DNA of 64,000 nucleotides from Oikopleura dioica (lineage: Eukaryota; Animalia; Chordata), in the NCBI GenBank assembly GCA_907165135.1, contig OU015567.1, positions 806,001 to 870,000 on the forward strand, written 5' to 3'. The notes under the pieces were generated by a model. That model did no database searches. It was not told the DNA's origin and was given only the letters and a program-made list of their open reading frames with translations. Position 1 is the stretch's first letter; each line of letters starts with the position of its first letter. Made by a program: the position numbers and the translations under genes. Positions 38,892 to 51,753 of the stretch are shown one piece after another.

Positions 38892-39486
38892 CAGTGTTCC
38901 AAATTTTGAGAAAAATCCGTGTTTCCCTGTTTCCCTCTCATTTTTTAAATTGCTGTTTCCCTGTTTCCCTGTTCCCCAGGGAAACAATTTCCCTGTTTCC
39001 CTCATCAGTTTTACCTCCAAAATTTTTTTGCATTTCAATTTTTTTTCTTTTTAAAACCGATTATATTGTTTATTCGAAGAATTCGCGAAGATTTTCCGTG
39101 TAAATTTGGCCCATTTCGAGCAAAGGACCTCAGTCTGGTAGTTAGTGATGAAGGTCTCTAGAACAAATTTGAAATTTCCTCGACTGTTTTTGTTGTTTTT
39201 TTGTGAACAAAACTGCATTCTAGAGGGGTTTTTTGATGGAAACGAGGGCTCTTAGAAAAATAAATCATCAATAGGGAAACAGGGAAACAGTTTCCCTGTT
39301 TCCCTGTTTTGAAAAATGGCTGTTTCCCTGTTTCCCTGTTTTGAAAATGGCTGTTTCCCTGTTTTCCTGTTTTCCACTATCAGAAGAAATGCGTGTTTCC
39401 CTGTTTCCCGGTTCCCTGTCAAACAGGGAAACAGGAAAACTGTTTCCCATTTTAGGGAAACAGGGAAACACAAATTTGGAACACTG
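38892..39486. mobile_element. hAT-type MITE with GTTTCCCT subterminal repeats
   Basis: TIR CAGTGTTCCAAATTT; 8-bp TSD CTTCAAGC. Confidence 0.93.
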
Positions 39487-39971
39487 CTTCAAGCTCAATT
39501 TTCTTGACGATTGGGAAGAATGATCAATGTATTTTTTGTTGCTCTTTACCTGACCTTACCAAAAATTATAAGAAATTTTTAAAATTCACACTTTTGCAAA
39601 ACCAATGGGGACCCTCCTAAGTCCCGAAATCTAGCCAGAAATTTCAGAAACAGGAATTCTTGGTAAATAACTAGGAGATTGGATTTTCGGGAGCGGGGTG
39701 CTCTCGGAGATCGGGCTCTTGTCAAAAATTCAGTACTTTTTACAAGAGTAGTACGAGTAGTATCACAAATAATTGTAAAATGCAGCATATTGCATAATAT
39801 ACAATGTATATGCTTCCATATTTATTACTATCTGAGTAATCACCCTGCTAAGTTCTTAGTTGACTATAAATAAATTCACAAAAACATTAATTCTGTCACA
39901 TGATTCACGTCACTTTATCCAATGGAAAACAGCATGTGAATAAAAACTTTGATGGCGTGTCTAATATTTAG

Positions 39972-40147
39972 AACATCTTCAAAAGGATATCCAAAATGAA
40001 CTTTTGAAAGGGCGTCTCTTCTAAAACATGCTTACGCACCGTTCATAATTTAAACTTCCGGATGACGCGACCGCGAACGCAAAAATGGCTCCCTTTCCAA
40101 AAAGCTTTTTGAAGGTCATTTATTTTACATCGTCACCAGCCCCGTCA
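39972..40147. repeat. Dispersed ~190-bp repeat, copy 2
   Basis: Colinear with 34733-34921. Confidence 0.85.
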
Positions 40148-40259
40148 AATGTTGAGTTTACTTGAGATTTGTTGTCATTTAATCGCTGGGTTTCTGAATT
40201 TCTTGTTTTAGTAATATTTATAGGAAAATCGTAGAGGAAAGCTGAATATGAGTCGACGA

Positions 40260-41030
40260 TCAATTTTGAACGCAGAAATAAGCTGTTGCTTCAAAAATTA
40301 TTGGGATATCGTTTTGATGAGCGTGGCTGCCGATGACTTTTGTCTCAATTACTTCTTTGTTTGCAACGTTGATTCTTTCGACTGGGAAGCTTCCACTCGG
40401 AGCTGCTTTATCGCCAGAAACTACGTAGATGTAGTCACCGATTCTCAATGCTGAGCCATAGCTGTTTGACTTCACAATAATACGGATAAATTACTTAAGT
40501 TTGCATCGATTTTTGTATAACCTCTTGAAGAGAACCGATAAGCTTCCATGCGTTTTCATTCAAAATCCAAATGTCACGAGTGTGCTCAAAGTTGGGTTCA
40601 TCCCATCCACCGATCATCAGCATTGCTCCACTTTCCAAACCAGCTAGTGTGTGTCCATCTAGGGTGGGCAAAAGCTTGTGGTTAGGGATGTCGTAGATGA
40701 AGGGGCGTTTTTTCACCTCTGGTTGGCCCAACCAATCAATACTGGACTCTTATTGGTTAACAACCTCTGTCTCCGTTATCAATCGGAATAGCAGAAGAAC
40801 CTTGCCCAAACGGAAGAATCAATCGACTTGGTAGCTTTTTGATCGTGCAATCGTCAATTCTTGAAATCTTGAAAACAATAAAATGTCGCTTCTAGGTCAC
40901 CGCTCAATTGTGCCGTTTGTAAATCAGTGTTTCCTCCAAAATGTACATTTTCCCTCTGACAGCAGCAAAAGAAGTTAATTGAAGATTTATTCCGGGTGAA
41001 TCAATTTTAGCGGTTTTTTGGTCTGTCCAT
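40260..41030 (-). CDS. Kelch-like beta-propeller family gene, truncated or frameshifted (possible pseudogene)
   Basis: GKMYI[F]GG (A4 run at 40938-40941), ISRIDDCTIKKLP, HTLAGLESGAMLMIGG, IGDYIYVVSG; same architecture as the propeller part of 44848-46623. Confidence 0.6.
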
Positions 41031-41626
41031 CGCAAGCGAAGAAGTAAGAAGAGAGTAAGGAGTAAGGAGAAAGAGACAATAATATAATAGTATAGTAATA
41101 TAATAGTATAATCTTTAAATTCGGCCACCTATAGCCGAATTATTTGTTTATATTTTCAATAATTCTGAATGAAAAATTCGGCCAAATTGACCGAATTATT
41201 GCTCAGATTTTACAAAGTATTTTGGTGAAAAATTCGGCCAGCGAAATTCTCAGTGGAGACTCATTTTTCTTTTTCGAAGCTCGCGCAATCGCTATGAATG
41301 GACAGGACAGTAAATGGACTTTTCGTAATCGGTGCTTATTACGTTCGATCTCGTTATAATTATAGCTTAATTGCCTGACTAAAAACAAGTCGAAGATTTG
41401 TTGGCCGAAATTTTCATTCAAAGACCGTTCAATTTTGGTCAAAAAATTCGGCCACGCTGGCCGAATTTTTCTTCTAAAATATGATTTTATAGAATTCGGC
41501 TTTTGGCCGAATTTTGAGGTCATACTACCATAAGAACAGCGAATTCATTCAATCAAGAAGAGCCGGAAATCTGTATTTCTTTCGAGGAATTATTTATTGA
41601 CAAGGATTTTTCACAAAAAAATAATG

Positions 41627-42260
41627 CTAAATTTGAGCATCAGCAATTCCCAAAACCGTATGTCTCGCGGGAGGGATCGGAACAACCGGAGTTTTCGTAT
41701 GTTTGCGCGTCGAGGTTAAACTCTGCTTGTCCGAGTTTTTGATATCGTCTACTTTCTTTGACGAGGAAAAGGACAGTCGGTATTTACAGAAGGCAATCAA
41801 GACGAACAAAACAAGAAGGACAAAGACAGCGATGATGAATAGTAACGTCGTTACCACAACAGGATATATTTCTGAAAATGAAAAGTAAGCATCTTTTGCG
41901 TAAAAATGAGGGTTGAAACCTGTATTTGCAGATTTACTGGTTTCGACCATGACCTCATCTTGCATTCCCGGGCTACGCTTTCGTGAATCCAATTCGCTTC
42001 TTAAAAATTGAAGTTCAGAAATTTACTTTTTAAATGCATGTATGTACCGCCATTTTGATCGACATGGAATAATGATGGCTTATCAAAGCAAAACCTTAAA
42101 TGAGCCGAAACCTCCAGATTCGAATTGAATATTTTTCGATAAAATTAAGGCGAGTACCTATCAATATTTCAATATTGACGTCGTCGACTTCTTCGCGCTC
42201 TTTAAATTTTTCTGACAGAGCTCGCCTTGAAGCGCGTGATCGATTTGATTTCGCCGGGAA
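41627..42260 (-). CDS. Single-pass membrane protein, unknown function
   Basis: TM VVVTTLLFIIAVFVLLVLFVLIAFC followed by KYR; probable upstream exon ~42150-42280. Confidence 0.5.
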
Positions 42261-42519
42261 AAGGCGAGATCCAGCTCTACAATATTTTCAAATAAGACAC
42301 AGGTCTCTGACCAAACACAACTAAGGCAGGTATTTTTGCTTCGTTATGTTACCTGACAAAATCAAGCACGGATTTAAGCTTTACAAGGGTCGAGTTGAGA
42401 GCGGTTTGATAATCGAGCCACCGGATTAGCTCGTTGTTTTCCTTCAACATGGTTTTCGGAAGATTTTTCGGCCCTGACTCAGGGTTTCAACACTGGTTGC
42501 CAGCCCGAGGGATTCGTTT

Positions 42520-43790
42520 TCACGGAAAAACCAGTGCCTTGAGCAAAAGACCCTTGAAATTAAACGTCGTTTCCTCGCAGCCTTCTGAGCTCGCGGATTG
42601 GCAATACAGCTTATCCTTTGCTGCCAAGTTGTGGCCATTGTATCGTTTTGTGTATCCAAGAAAAATGTTGCCCTTCGCCGATTTCGCCTTGCAAAGTCGA
42701 ATTCATCCTTCGCTCGAGCGAGATTCGCTTTTTGCGTCTCGTAAGGGCCCGGAACCCACGAATTGCCCCAGTAGTAGTTTGAGCTTGGATCGTTGTTGGG
42801 TTCGTTTTTGCAGCCTGAGAGCTTCCAGGAGCAGTTTTCTTGATTGCAGATGCAGGTCATTCGGCTGCTGATCGCTTAAATTTGCTTTTTTCAGATTTTT
42901 GGATGAGAAAAAACGATACCTTTGTATTTTAACCCTCCAGAGCTGCCAGAATTGCCAAAATACACCGTGTTCAAGAGCCTCTTTTGATTGTCAAAAACTT
43001 TGGCCTTTCCCGACTCAATTTTCTCGAATTTCGAGTCGAACACCATCTCGTACTCGTAATCGTAGTAAATGTCTTCTCTCCATTGAATCGTCCCGTAAAA
43101 TTTTCGGTCAGCAGCGACATATCGCCAATTTTCAAAGTATTTTCGAAAGCTGTTTTTCATCAAATCGGTTTTGAACTCCGACACTTTTGCGTAAAAATCG
43201 GTGAAGATTGAGTACAAAGGGCCTTTTCAAGCGGATCAAAAATGATGTCGTGACAAATTGTTGTCTTCCTTGATTTCAAGGAGTGTATTTTTGAACCGGC
43301 CCTTGAGCTTGAATTTTTCCAGTTACAATATTGATTATGTTCGTGTTTTCATAAGAAACATAGGGTTGGGAGTTGAAATGATAAGATGCGAGGCCTTCCA
43401 CTTCAAAGCCCGTTGTTTCCTATTAATAATTGATCAGTGATTTGAGAGATTGTCTTCCAGGAGCAAAACAACTTGATGCACAGACTTACATTGATGGACA
43501 CGCTGGTATCAACAAAGACCTTCCCCCCAGGACCCCTCGTTCCATCCTTCAATCCATGAATATTTTTCGCGATGGTCACTGGCTGGCAATAACTCTCCAA
43601 GTCCTTGCAAATCGTCCCCGCTTTGACCATTCCTCGTACAGGGTAGACTCGGCCAATGTCAGGATCGTAGCAGATGAAGTTGTTGACTTTTTTGATCACA
43701 GTTCCAGTCGTGTAGTATTTTGCTTTGTACAGATCGACTTCGCAGTAGCGACCTGATGATTCGGTTTCGTTTGCTTTTGGGCTTTATTTG
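42520..43790 (-). CDS. Multi-exon orphan protein, 5' end unresolved
   Basis: Exons ...CYDPDIGRVYP..., FENWRYVAADRKFYGTIQW..., MTCICNQENCSW...; phase-1 GT-AG and 41-nt GC-AG introns restore the frame to a stop at 42520. Confidence 0.5.
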
Positions 43791-44847
43791 TTTTAAATAT
43801 GCTTGCTGTAAATAAAGTATTGTTCTCATAGAAAAGACTTTCAAACAATTTTCCTAAGATCCATCGTCGGGCAAATCCCAGCCGGAATTCCATAATCCAC
43901 TGGTTTGTGGTTCTGAACACCTTCTTTTTTAACCATGTATTTAATCATCATTTTTCTGCGCGTTTTTATTCTTGTTTTCTCGCCGAAAAGGAAAAGCGGT
44001 TTTTATAAGTAGCGAAAGCAGCTTTCAAGTTATGTAGAAAAAGCGAGACGTGGATAAATAATTCAGAAGGGCAAATGGAACGTAAAGTGAATCTGACAAA
44101 TGAACCTGAAGGATGGAGGCAAGGACGAGTGCGCGAGACGGGTCGATTGTGCCGACTCGGGCTTCTGTGAAATTCGCTTTTTTGGGATTTTTCAGAATTT
44201 ATTTGACAAGAATTTTTTTCTTAGAAAACGGGAAAAATTTTTTTGTGAATCCTTTCCCATAATTTTCTGCTTTAATTTCTTATTTAATTTCGCTCTCTTT
44301 CTTTCCAACGCGTTTAAATTTATCTTTCCAGCTCTAGAATCAGTTCCTTCGCCCCTTGAGCAGTCCCAAGAGACAGAAATATTTAAAACGCATCAAATAT
44401 GCATGCGAAGAAAGCTGCGCTGACAATAGCAGCTTTTCAGCAAGTTGAGGGATGTGGAATCGAGGAATTGATTATGACTTTGGCTCAGGCAGATTAAACA
44501 GGTTAATGTGGACTCAACGAGGGTCGATTTGAATTCACAATAGATGAAAAAACGTGGTCCAGAAGATCGAAACAGCCCTTCAGCTTAACGAAAAACTTTG
44601 ATAAATGTTAATCACTATTGCTCGTCTTGCTGGTCTTTCCGAATGCTCTGGCCTGGCTACGATCAATGATTTTCCTCTCGAAGCTGAAAGTGTCATTCGT
44701 GAGCTAATTGATCTCGGAATTCTTATCAATGCCGATAAGCTTGTTGCACTGTATTTTTTTACAACACTTTTTCAAAAATATACTCCAATAAAACAAATTT
44801 CAGTCAATTTCTTGCCTAGACGTCTTCCTCAGCCTCTTTTTTATTCC

Positions 44848-46623
44848 TCAATTGATCACACAGTAATTGTCAGGCACAAGCATCGCATAAGGGTCATCCC
44901 AATTTTTAAGGCTGGGCAAATGCTCAAGATCTTCCCCTTCGATGGAAGTAAAATCTTCGTTGAATATGAACTTGGTGAACATCCAATCTCCCGAGTATCC
45001 TCCAAGGACCATTATCTTTTAAAACATCAAATGAACAAAATCCCAAAGTGAAATCAACTGACCTCGTTGTTAGGAAAAAGAACAGCTCTTGCGTATCCTC
45101 TGAATGATGTCCTAAAAATTTCAGTAATAAAATTTAGTAAATAATAAACTTTTAGTAATAAAAGTCGCTCGATTCTCTTACCAGGGAACGAGTCCAATAT
45201 TTTCCCACTGATTTTTGTGAAGTCGCCAGATTTTTCGATTTGAGCTTTTAAATTGCTGAATTTCTTGCTATTTTTATATTTTCACTGACCTCGTCCTTCC
45301 TGGAATGATGACCAGTCCGAATTCCCCCGAAACAGCGCAATAAGCACTAAGACCTTTTCCTGTATTATCTTCTTCGGGAAACGTCAAACTCTCATCTTCG
45401 ATCCATCCACTGGCCGGGCTACAAATATTCTCAGCCTTTTTTTCGGTTTTTTCTTCATTTAATCACCTAAGCCATTCAACTGAATTCCTGTATATTCCGA
45501 ATTTACTATCATAGCCACCAAGTAGTATCGAAAAAAGGTCGCCAGGGTGATCAGGATTTTGGTAAAGTGGAATATGACCACCGATATACAAATGACTTCG
45601 TGTAGTCTCTGGTAAAACCTCCAGGATTTCTGAGCCATCGTATCTTAGAATCAGTTGGAGGTGAGTTTAATGACAAGATTACCGATAAGCATTTTTGTAC
45701 CCATCATAAACCATGATGAACGGCTGTGGCTCGTCGTCAACCTTCCAGTACGTCTGTCCAACTGATCCTTCGAAGCAGTCAAATTCAAAAGAAACCCCTT
45801 CGGCTTTCTTTATATCGCATCCATCAAGAACATGCGGCCCGTGCTCCTTTCCTCCTTCGAAATTGACATACCATCCTCCGAATAAATAATTTCTTCCCTT
45901 GTATAAAACTGAACATCCTTCCTTGGCCGAGAATTCTAGCCGATCAGGACCATTGTGATACCACGAAACCTAAAAAGGAAGATCAGAAACGGGAAGGGAA
46001 TTTTTTCTCACTTTTAAATCTTGAGTAAAACTTTGAAAATTCGCAAGAGCAGGGTCTCGGCCGCTTTCACCGTGCATTATCAAGACGGAATTCAGCTCTT
46101 CTGCTTCCGGATCTTCGCATTCATAATGGGGACATGGACAACCGTTTGGGCAGTTTTCTTCGCAAGGGCAGTCGAGAATGTTCTGTGAGTATTCTACGGT
46201 ACAAAGAGTGAGACAACTCGAGTTCCCGCCGCAGTTTCCGATGCATTCCATCAGCTCTTGCTCAAGATCTGCCAGGCATTTTATATGCTCCTCGTTCTCT
46301 TCAGGAAAAGCACAAATGTTGCAAATATCAGCTGGACAATCCTGGCAGCCTGCAGGGCAATCAATGTGGCAAGGACATCCATCAATACAGTCAAATCCTT
46401 CCCGGACGCAGGAATTTTCGCAAAGTGCATCCCCATTTTGACAGTTGCCTAGACATGCCAAAAGATCATTGCCACAGCTTGTTGAGCAGATTTCACCAAG
46501 ATCAAGGTCTGTGCAAGTTTCGTTGAGCTTCGGAAGCTGGTGGAAAAAACTTTCTCTTGCGAAATTATCGAAAACTGGAAGAGCCATATTTTGCATTTCA
46601 GAGGCAGTTTTCAAGCGATTCAA
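44848..46623 (-). CDS. Secreted-type Cys-rich repeat plus Kelch-like propeller protein
   Basis: Two C-X3-C-X6/7-C-X3-C...CPC...CP.GC repeats, then GCSVLYKGRNYLFGG, LLVGGY, WRLHKNQWENIG, IMVLGGY; later exons joined by GT-AG introns; exact start uncertain. Confidence 0.75.
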
Positions 46624-47067
46624 TGCGGCAGCTGATTATTTCTCAGAAAAGAAGAAATAGACTTCGGTGAAATTTTTAACATTTATTTATTCATTCTTTG
46701 TTCAACTGAGGCAGGACAGTAGCAGGCTTTTTTCTTTCGAGCCTGTTAAAATTTATTAAGAATTTATTTACAGCTTTGTTTGATTTTTTTAATTTATATA
46801 TACGTCCGTTTTCTTGGCTATCGTTTTTTTTTGTCTGGGCGTTTTGTTTTTGTGTAGCTATAATACAGTATTTTCCGGATTGGACTATTGATGATTTTTT
46901 GAGGATTTTTGGAGTTTCTTTTTGAACAAATCGGGTCTTTCCTTTTTTTTAACTTAGATTTGAGGCATCAAGGCAATTCCATATTTTCGTTCATCAGGAA
47001 TCAGTTTTGGTAAAGTTGAAAATAATTTGTTGAACTTTGACTTGTATTGCGTTGTTGGGTGGACTTC

Positions 47068-50000
47068 TCAGCAGTTCTTCTGCTCTCGGTTGAGCGCTTC
47101 GATGGATTTTAAATTACTGTCGAAAAGATCGCGCCATTTTAGCGAGTTTGAATGGCGGTCGATTTTGAATTTTCTTCGTGAACCATGTCTAAAGGGGAGT
47201 TTAAGGTCTTTGCTTTCTATTAAGGGAAAAACTAAGGGCGTTACAACGATAAATTTACCTTGAGTGTCGAACAGATTTATGTTTTCCAAGCAACAAGTAA
47301 ATTTTCTTGACCCTCAGTTTCGGGCAACCACACTTTGCGTATTTCTTGTTTTGCCAGATTTCCCATTTTCCCTTCGTTATATGAGGTGGGGAGGAGGAAG
47401 ATGCGGCGTGCTTCTTTCTGGTGGAGCGGGACTCTTTGGAGGTCAGAATGAACGGGTTTTTGGAGCGGGAGTTCGTCGTCTTTCGCGATCGTTTTGGCCG
47501 GTAGACCTTTATTGAGAATAAGGGTATCAGTTCAATAAGAAAATTTTACCTTTTGGACATTGACGACATAGACGACATATTTGTTCCTCACTGTTTTCCT
47601 CGATTTGACGTCGATTTTAAGAACTAAAAAGCGAAGTTATTTTTCGTCAAGGAAAGTGAACTTACTCATTGTCTTTTTACAGTATTCCTTCGGCGGCAAG
47701 CTTATACTGTCTTGTTTTTTGCACATATTTGCGCACGAAGATGATGGCAGAAGAGGGTCTTTGATTGGATTCGGGATTTCTGAAAGACTCATTTACAAAA
47801 GAAATTGGGGAGGGAAAAATGAGGATGAATGAGAATTAATTTTTGGTGGAGCTGCTTTTTTCTTACTTTTTTCGCATGGCTTAATCGGTGACTTGGTCTG
47901 AATGTACCCAGGGGCACAGTGCGTACACTTGAGTCCCGAGACGCCTTCTTTGCACTCGCTGAGCAGGGGTCAAAATGTCGTCAATTTAGTTTTTAAAGAG
48001 TCAACTACGCGCCAAAGCCAGCATCAAAGCGTTTTTTTTAATTTGCAAAGCGGATTTTTTTTTCAAATATTCAAAAAATTATTTTTAATAGAGCGAATTT
48101 CATAGTAAAACTTGGTATTTAGATAGTAAAGCTTGCTGTGAATGACTTGCTTGGATGTTGGTTTCAACTGTATTTCGAACTGAATCTTCAAATTTCTCTT
48201 CAAATTTCGATTTTTAATTCTTGAAATTTGAAGATTTTGAAGATTTTTTGGTTAGGTTAGTATTTTTGATGATTAATTTCGACCCCTGAATGGTCAAGCT
48301 CCGTTCGATTGATTACAATTTTTGCTTTTACTTCCAACTCGATGACAGTCACAGCCTTGTAAATTGTTTGTGTTAGTTAGGGTTTTCAGATTGGATAAAA
48401 AGGGATTAGTCCTACTATTTTTCTATTCGAATTTTTGTCATGAAAAAATTGATTTTCCTTGTTGATTTCAGTTTTTTATTGGTCATTTTTGACTGAAAAA
48501 AGGACTTTTCCGGTCATTGAAATCAAGGACGAAAACCAATTTTATCATTTTTTTTATTTTATCAAGCATTAGGAAAGATTAGCCTTTAGATGGTGTTTTC
48601 TTGAATTCAAGAAAATGCATCATTTTTATTTTTTACTTCGATATTCTACATTTTTTGATTCACAAGCGTGCGACGATCATTTTGACCCCTTTTCAGAGGG
48701 GTCACTGTGCATCTGTACATGAGAGGGTTACTGTAATGAGTATACTGATAGAATGTAGGTAGTAATAATGGTGAATGGTATTTTTAAGGTCGAAAGAGGG
48801 GTTAACGAAGAGACTTACTTTTGCAGTATTTCGGATTGTCGACGGACTTGTTCGGGTCGGGCGTATAGCCGGGCTTGCAAACCTGGCACCTTGCGCCAGA
48901 CGTATTGTGCCGACACTTTTGGCACATTCCACCACTGAAAAAAAACTGTTGAGAAAGATATGATCGATGAAAGCTCGAGATTTCCCTAGAAATAAATCCT
49001 GGAAGCCTGGAAAGAAGAAGTGACTGGCGCGGATTAAAAGAGAGCTTATCCTTTCTTGCAAAATGTCGCGAAATGTTTAGTCATGGGCACTTGATGTCAA
49101 AGAGCCCCAGCTGTATTTGAGCGAAAGTGGAAGACCGTAATTATGAATCTTTGGTTTCTTGACCCTTGAAAAGCAGGGATCTGGGCAGGGAAACCTGAGT
49201 AGAAACCTAAGTCAGGGTCCTGAAAAGAGTTAGGGTTGGGTTAGGGTTAGGGTTTTTTAGTTGCCAGAAACCTAACCCTAAGGCTAACCAAAGAAAATGT
49301 CAGAAAAGAGTTAAAAAATTCTATCTCAGGACCCTGAGTCAGGTTTTTACACAGGTCAGTCATGTGATATTTCTCCCTTCCTCAATTTTGTTATCAAAAA
49401 TGACTGTATTTACCTTTGATTTCCAGACATTTTGTAAAGTGTATCGTTGAACTTGCACTTGTTCGCATGAAGATTACAGTTGCAGGCTAAAATACAGTAT
49501 AAAATATTTAATAATCTAATTTTCACAAGTTTTGCCTTTTAGTTTCAAATTCTGAGGCCGTCATCGCACTCAATAAATCTACTCTATTTATTTGATTTAC
49601 ACTGAAGACGGAGCAGGTCATCAGCTGGGACCTTGTTAAATCCGCAGAGAACGCAAAACAGTGAACGGGCGCAAGTTCATTAGTAATGACTTGCTCGATG
49701 GAAATTAGAAATTACTTACCGCGGCATTCATTCGGGTTCGATTTGGTTCCGCGCTGCCAGGGTCGATCTTGGTAGAAGGAGTGGCACATGTTGCAAGTGT
49801 CGCCGACGGTGCCGTGTTTGCAGATGCATTTGGGCTTGCCATCGATGATTTCGCAGCTGAAAATGGTACTGTAAGGGAATTCTAGAATAGAGAAGGCTTT
49901 AGAAAGAAAATCATATATGTTCATAAATATTTTTATACATATATTTTGACTCTTCTTGAGAGTCGATAAAATTTTTACAAAACTAATTGTTTGTTGACCT

Positions 50001-51753
50001 GTCAAACCACTATTAACCATATAAGAGATAAATGGCCACCCGAAAATTTCTGTAAAATACCTGTCAGCATGTCCGTTGCATTGACAATGTCCGGAAATCC
50101 TAATATCCGAGATCGCATATTGATAGCTTGCCACTAGTGTTGAGCTTGGAGTTTTCAGACCGTTGTTGTTAACTGGCCAAATCGACGGCTTCAGGAGTTC
50201 GATTTTGATTGCCTGCGCGGTCATCCAATTCTACAGCGGGTTAGAGAAGAAAGGGGCATGAAGGAGTACCTGAACAACGGGGGAAGACACAGAACTGTCC
50301 CCTCTATTGTTGACTGTGTTGAATGAAACGCGAGTGCCCTCCTTATTCTTGGAGTATCGCTCCGAGCAAAGTGCTTTTTCCTGGTTCAATCTGGTGATTT
50401 CCTCGTTTGGCTCAATTCCAAATGTTTCCCTGCAATTATCAGCGTAATATTGGTACGGCTGCCACTCGTCATTGTTCCCCGTCTAAAAATAGTGTTAAAA
50501 TTTAAATCAGATTGATATAAAAAGAAAAGAAGATAATCAATTTGCGACTTACAGATTTATAAATAACCATGGCAGCTGGCACAGGTCCACAAAACTTCAT
50601 TGTGATAAAGCTGATTTCATAAGGGTGGGAGAAATCGATCGTCAGGGTTACATTGCGAGTTTGAGTCTTTTCGAGATCAGCCTAGAATGAGGATTTTTAA
50701 ATAGTTTGACTCCTAAGATGAACCCTTTTTTCATCGTTGATTACCTCGGAAACAATGCCCGCTGCGTCAGAAGGATCAACCACTGATCCCGAGTACCAGC
50801 AAGTCTCCTCGTCAGTCGTCTTTTCATGATCATTTAAGTGCCTAGTCGGCAGCATTTTGGCAGTTTGAGAGCTGTCGCAAAATTTACAGCTCCATTTGTC
50901 GTTCTCTCGCTTACAGTAGCGCTCCGATTGCTCAATTCCGCAGGTTTGGCTGGATTCGAACTTCTTTTTCAGCACTCGCGTGATATCTTCAAAGGGTGGG
51001 GTGCAGTACTTTGCGTTGACGCCGTCGCCGCAAGAATCTGTCGAGTCGAATGTTGTTGTTGGAATATACTTTTTCATCCTGAAGTCACTTTTTTAGTCGC
51101 AAGTTAGGGTTAGGGTTAGGCTAGCGACTTAAATTTTTTATATTTGAATATAGTTTTTTTAGGACTTTAGAGCCGCGCGCGGCTTTTTCGTCAAGTTTTC
51201 ATTTTTTTAGTCAAATATCATTTTTAGTCAAGAATTTGTATTTATAGTCAAAAATTTTCATTTTTAGTCAAAAATTTTCATTTTAAAATGAAAAGCCGCA
51301 AGCCGCAAGCGCCTTCAATCTCGATTCTTCCTTGCTTTTGCTCCCGACAAGCCCCCTAAGTCGCTCCTTATCAGCGCGGAGAAAAAGGAAAATTACACAG
51401 TTGGATGAATACAATTAGACAAAGCGTTCTTATCTCAACTACCGGGCTTCTGAGATTTCCATTTTTCCGGTGAGAGCACCTCACCGACCGGTTGGTTATC
51501 TCGTCCCTTATCGCTTTTGCTTTTTAATAATAGCTCGGGCGAGTTTTTAGTTATTTTCGATTAAACAGATTTCGTTAGCCCAGGTGGTGAAAACAGCGCC
51601 ACCATAAATCAGATTAACCAATGAAAATGCTCGATTGAAAAGTTACCTGTTATCTTTTGTTTTCAGACGCGTTCTGTTTTCGAATTCCGAGCTGGCTATC
51701 GATAGAAGATGGAGGAGGAAGTATAAGATCATTATTCTTCTTTCTGTCAGCAT
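47068..51753 (-). CDS. NTN1: Netrin (UNC-6/netrin-1-like): signal peptide, laminin N-terminal domain, 3 LE/EGF repeats, NTR/C345C
   Basis: 14 exons: 51753-51647, 51078-50745, 50681-50553, 50482-50270, 50230-50061, 49856-49720, 49486-49414, 48934-48819, 48355-48295, 47958-47867, 47779-47666, 47623-47550, 47506-47259, ~47212-47068; motifs HCQCNGHA, YQDRPWQR, ACNCNLHANKCKFN, CRHNTSG, CPKLRVKKIYLLLG. Confidence 0.95.
49181..49357. mobile_element. hAT-like MITE carrying TTAGGG repeats, in netrin intron 7
   Basis: CTGGGCAGGGAAACCTGAG...CCTGAGTCAGGTTTTTACACAGG with internal GTTAGGGTTGGGTTAGGGTTAGGG. Confidence 0.75.

Noticed and set aside
39252-39523. Overlapping ORFs (FPVSL/RETGK)
   Set aside because: Derived from GTTTCCCT repeats of a hAT MITE
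48660-48716. Apparent netrin exon RCTVTPLKRGQNDRRTL
   Set aside because: Lacks the EGF Cys pattern; the real exon is 48355-48295 and this segment is an inverted-repeat hairpin
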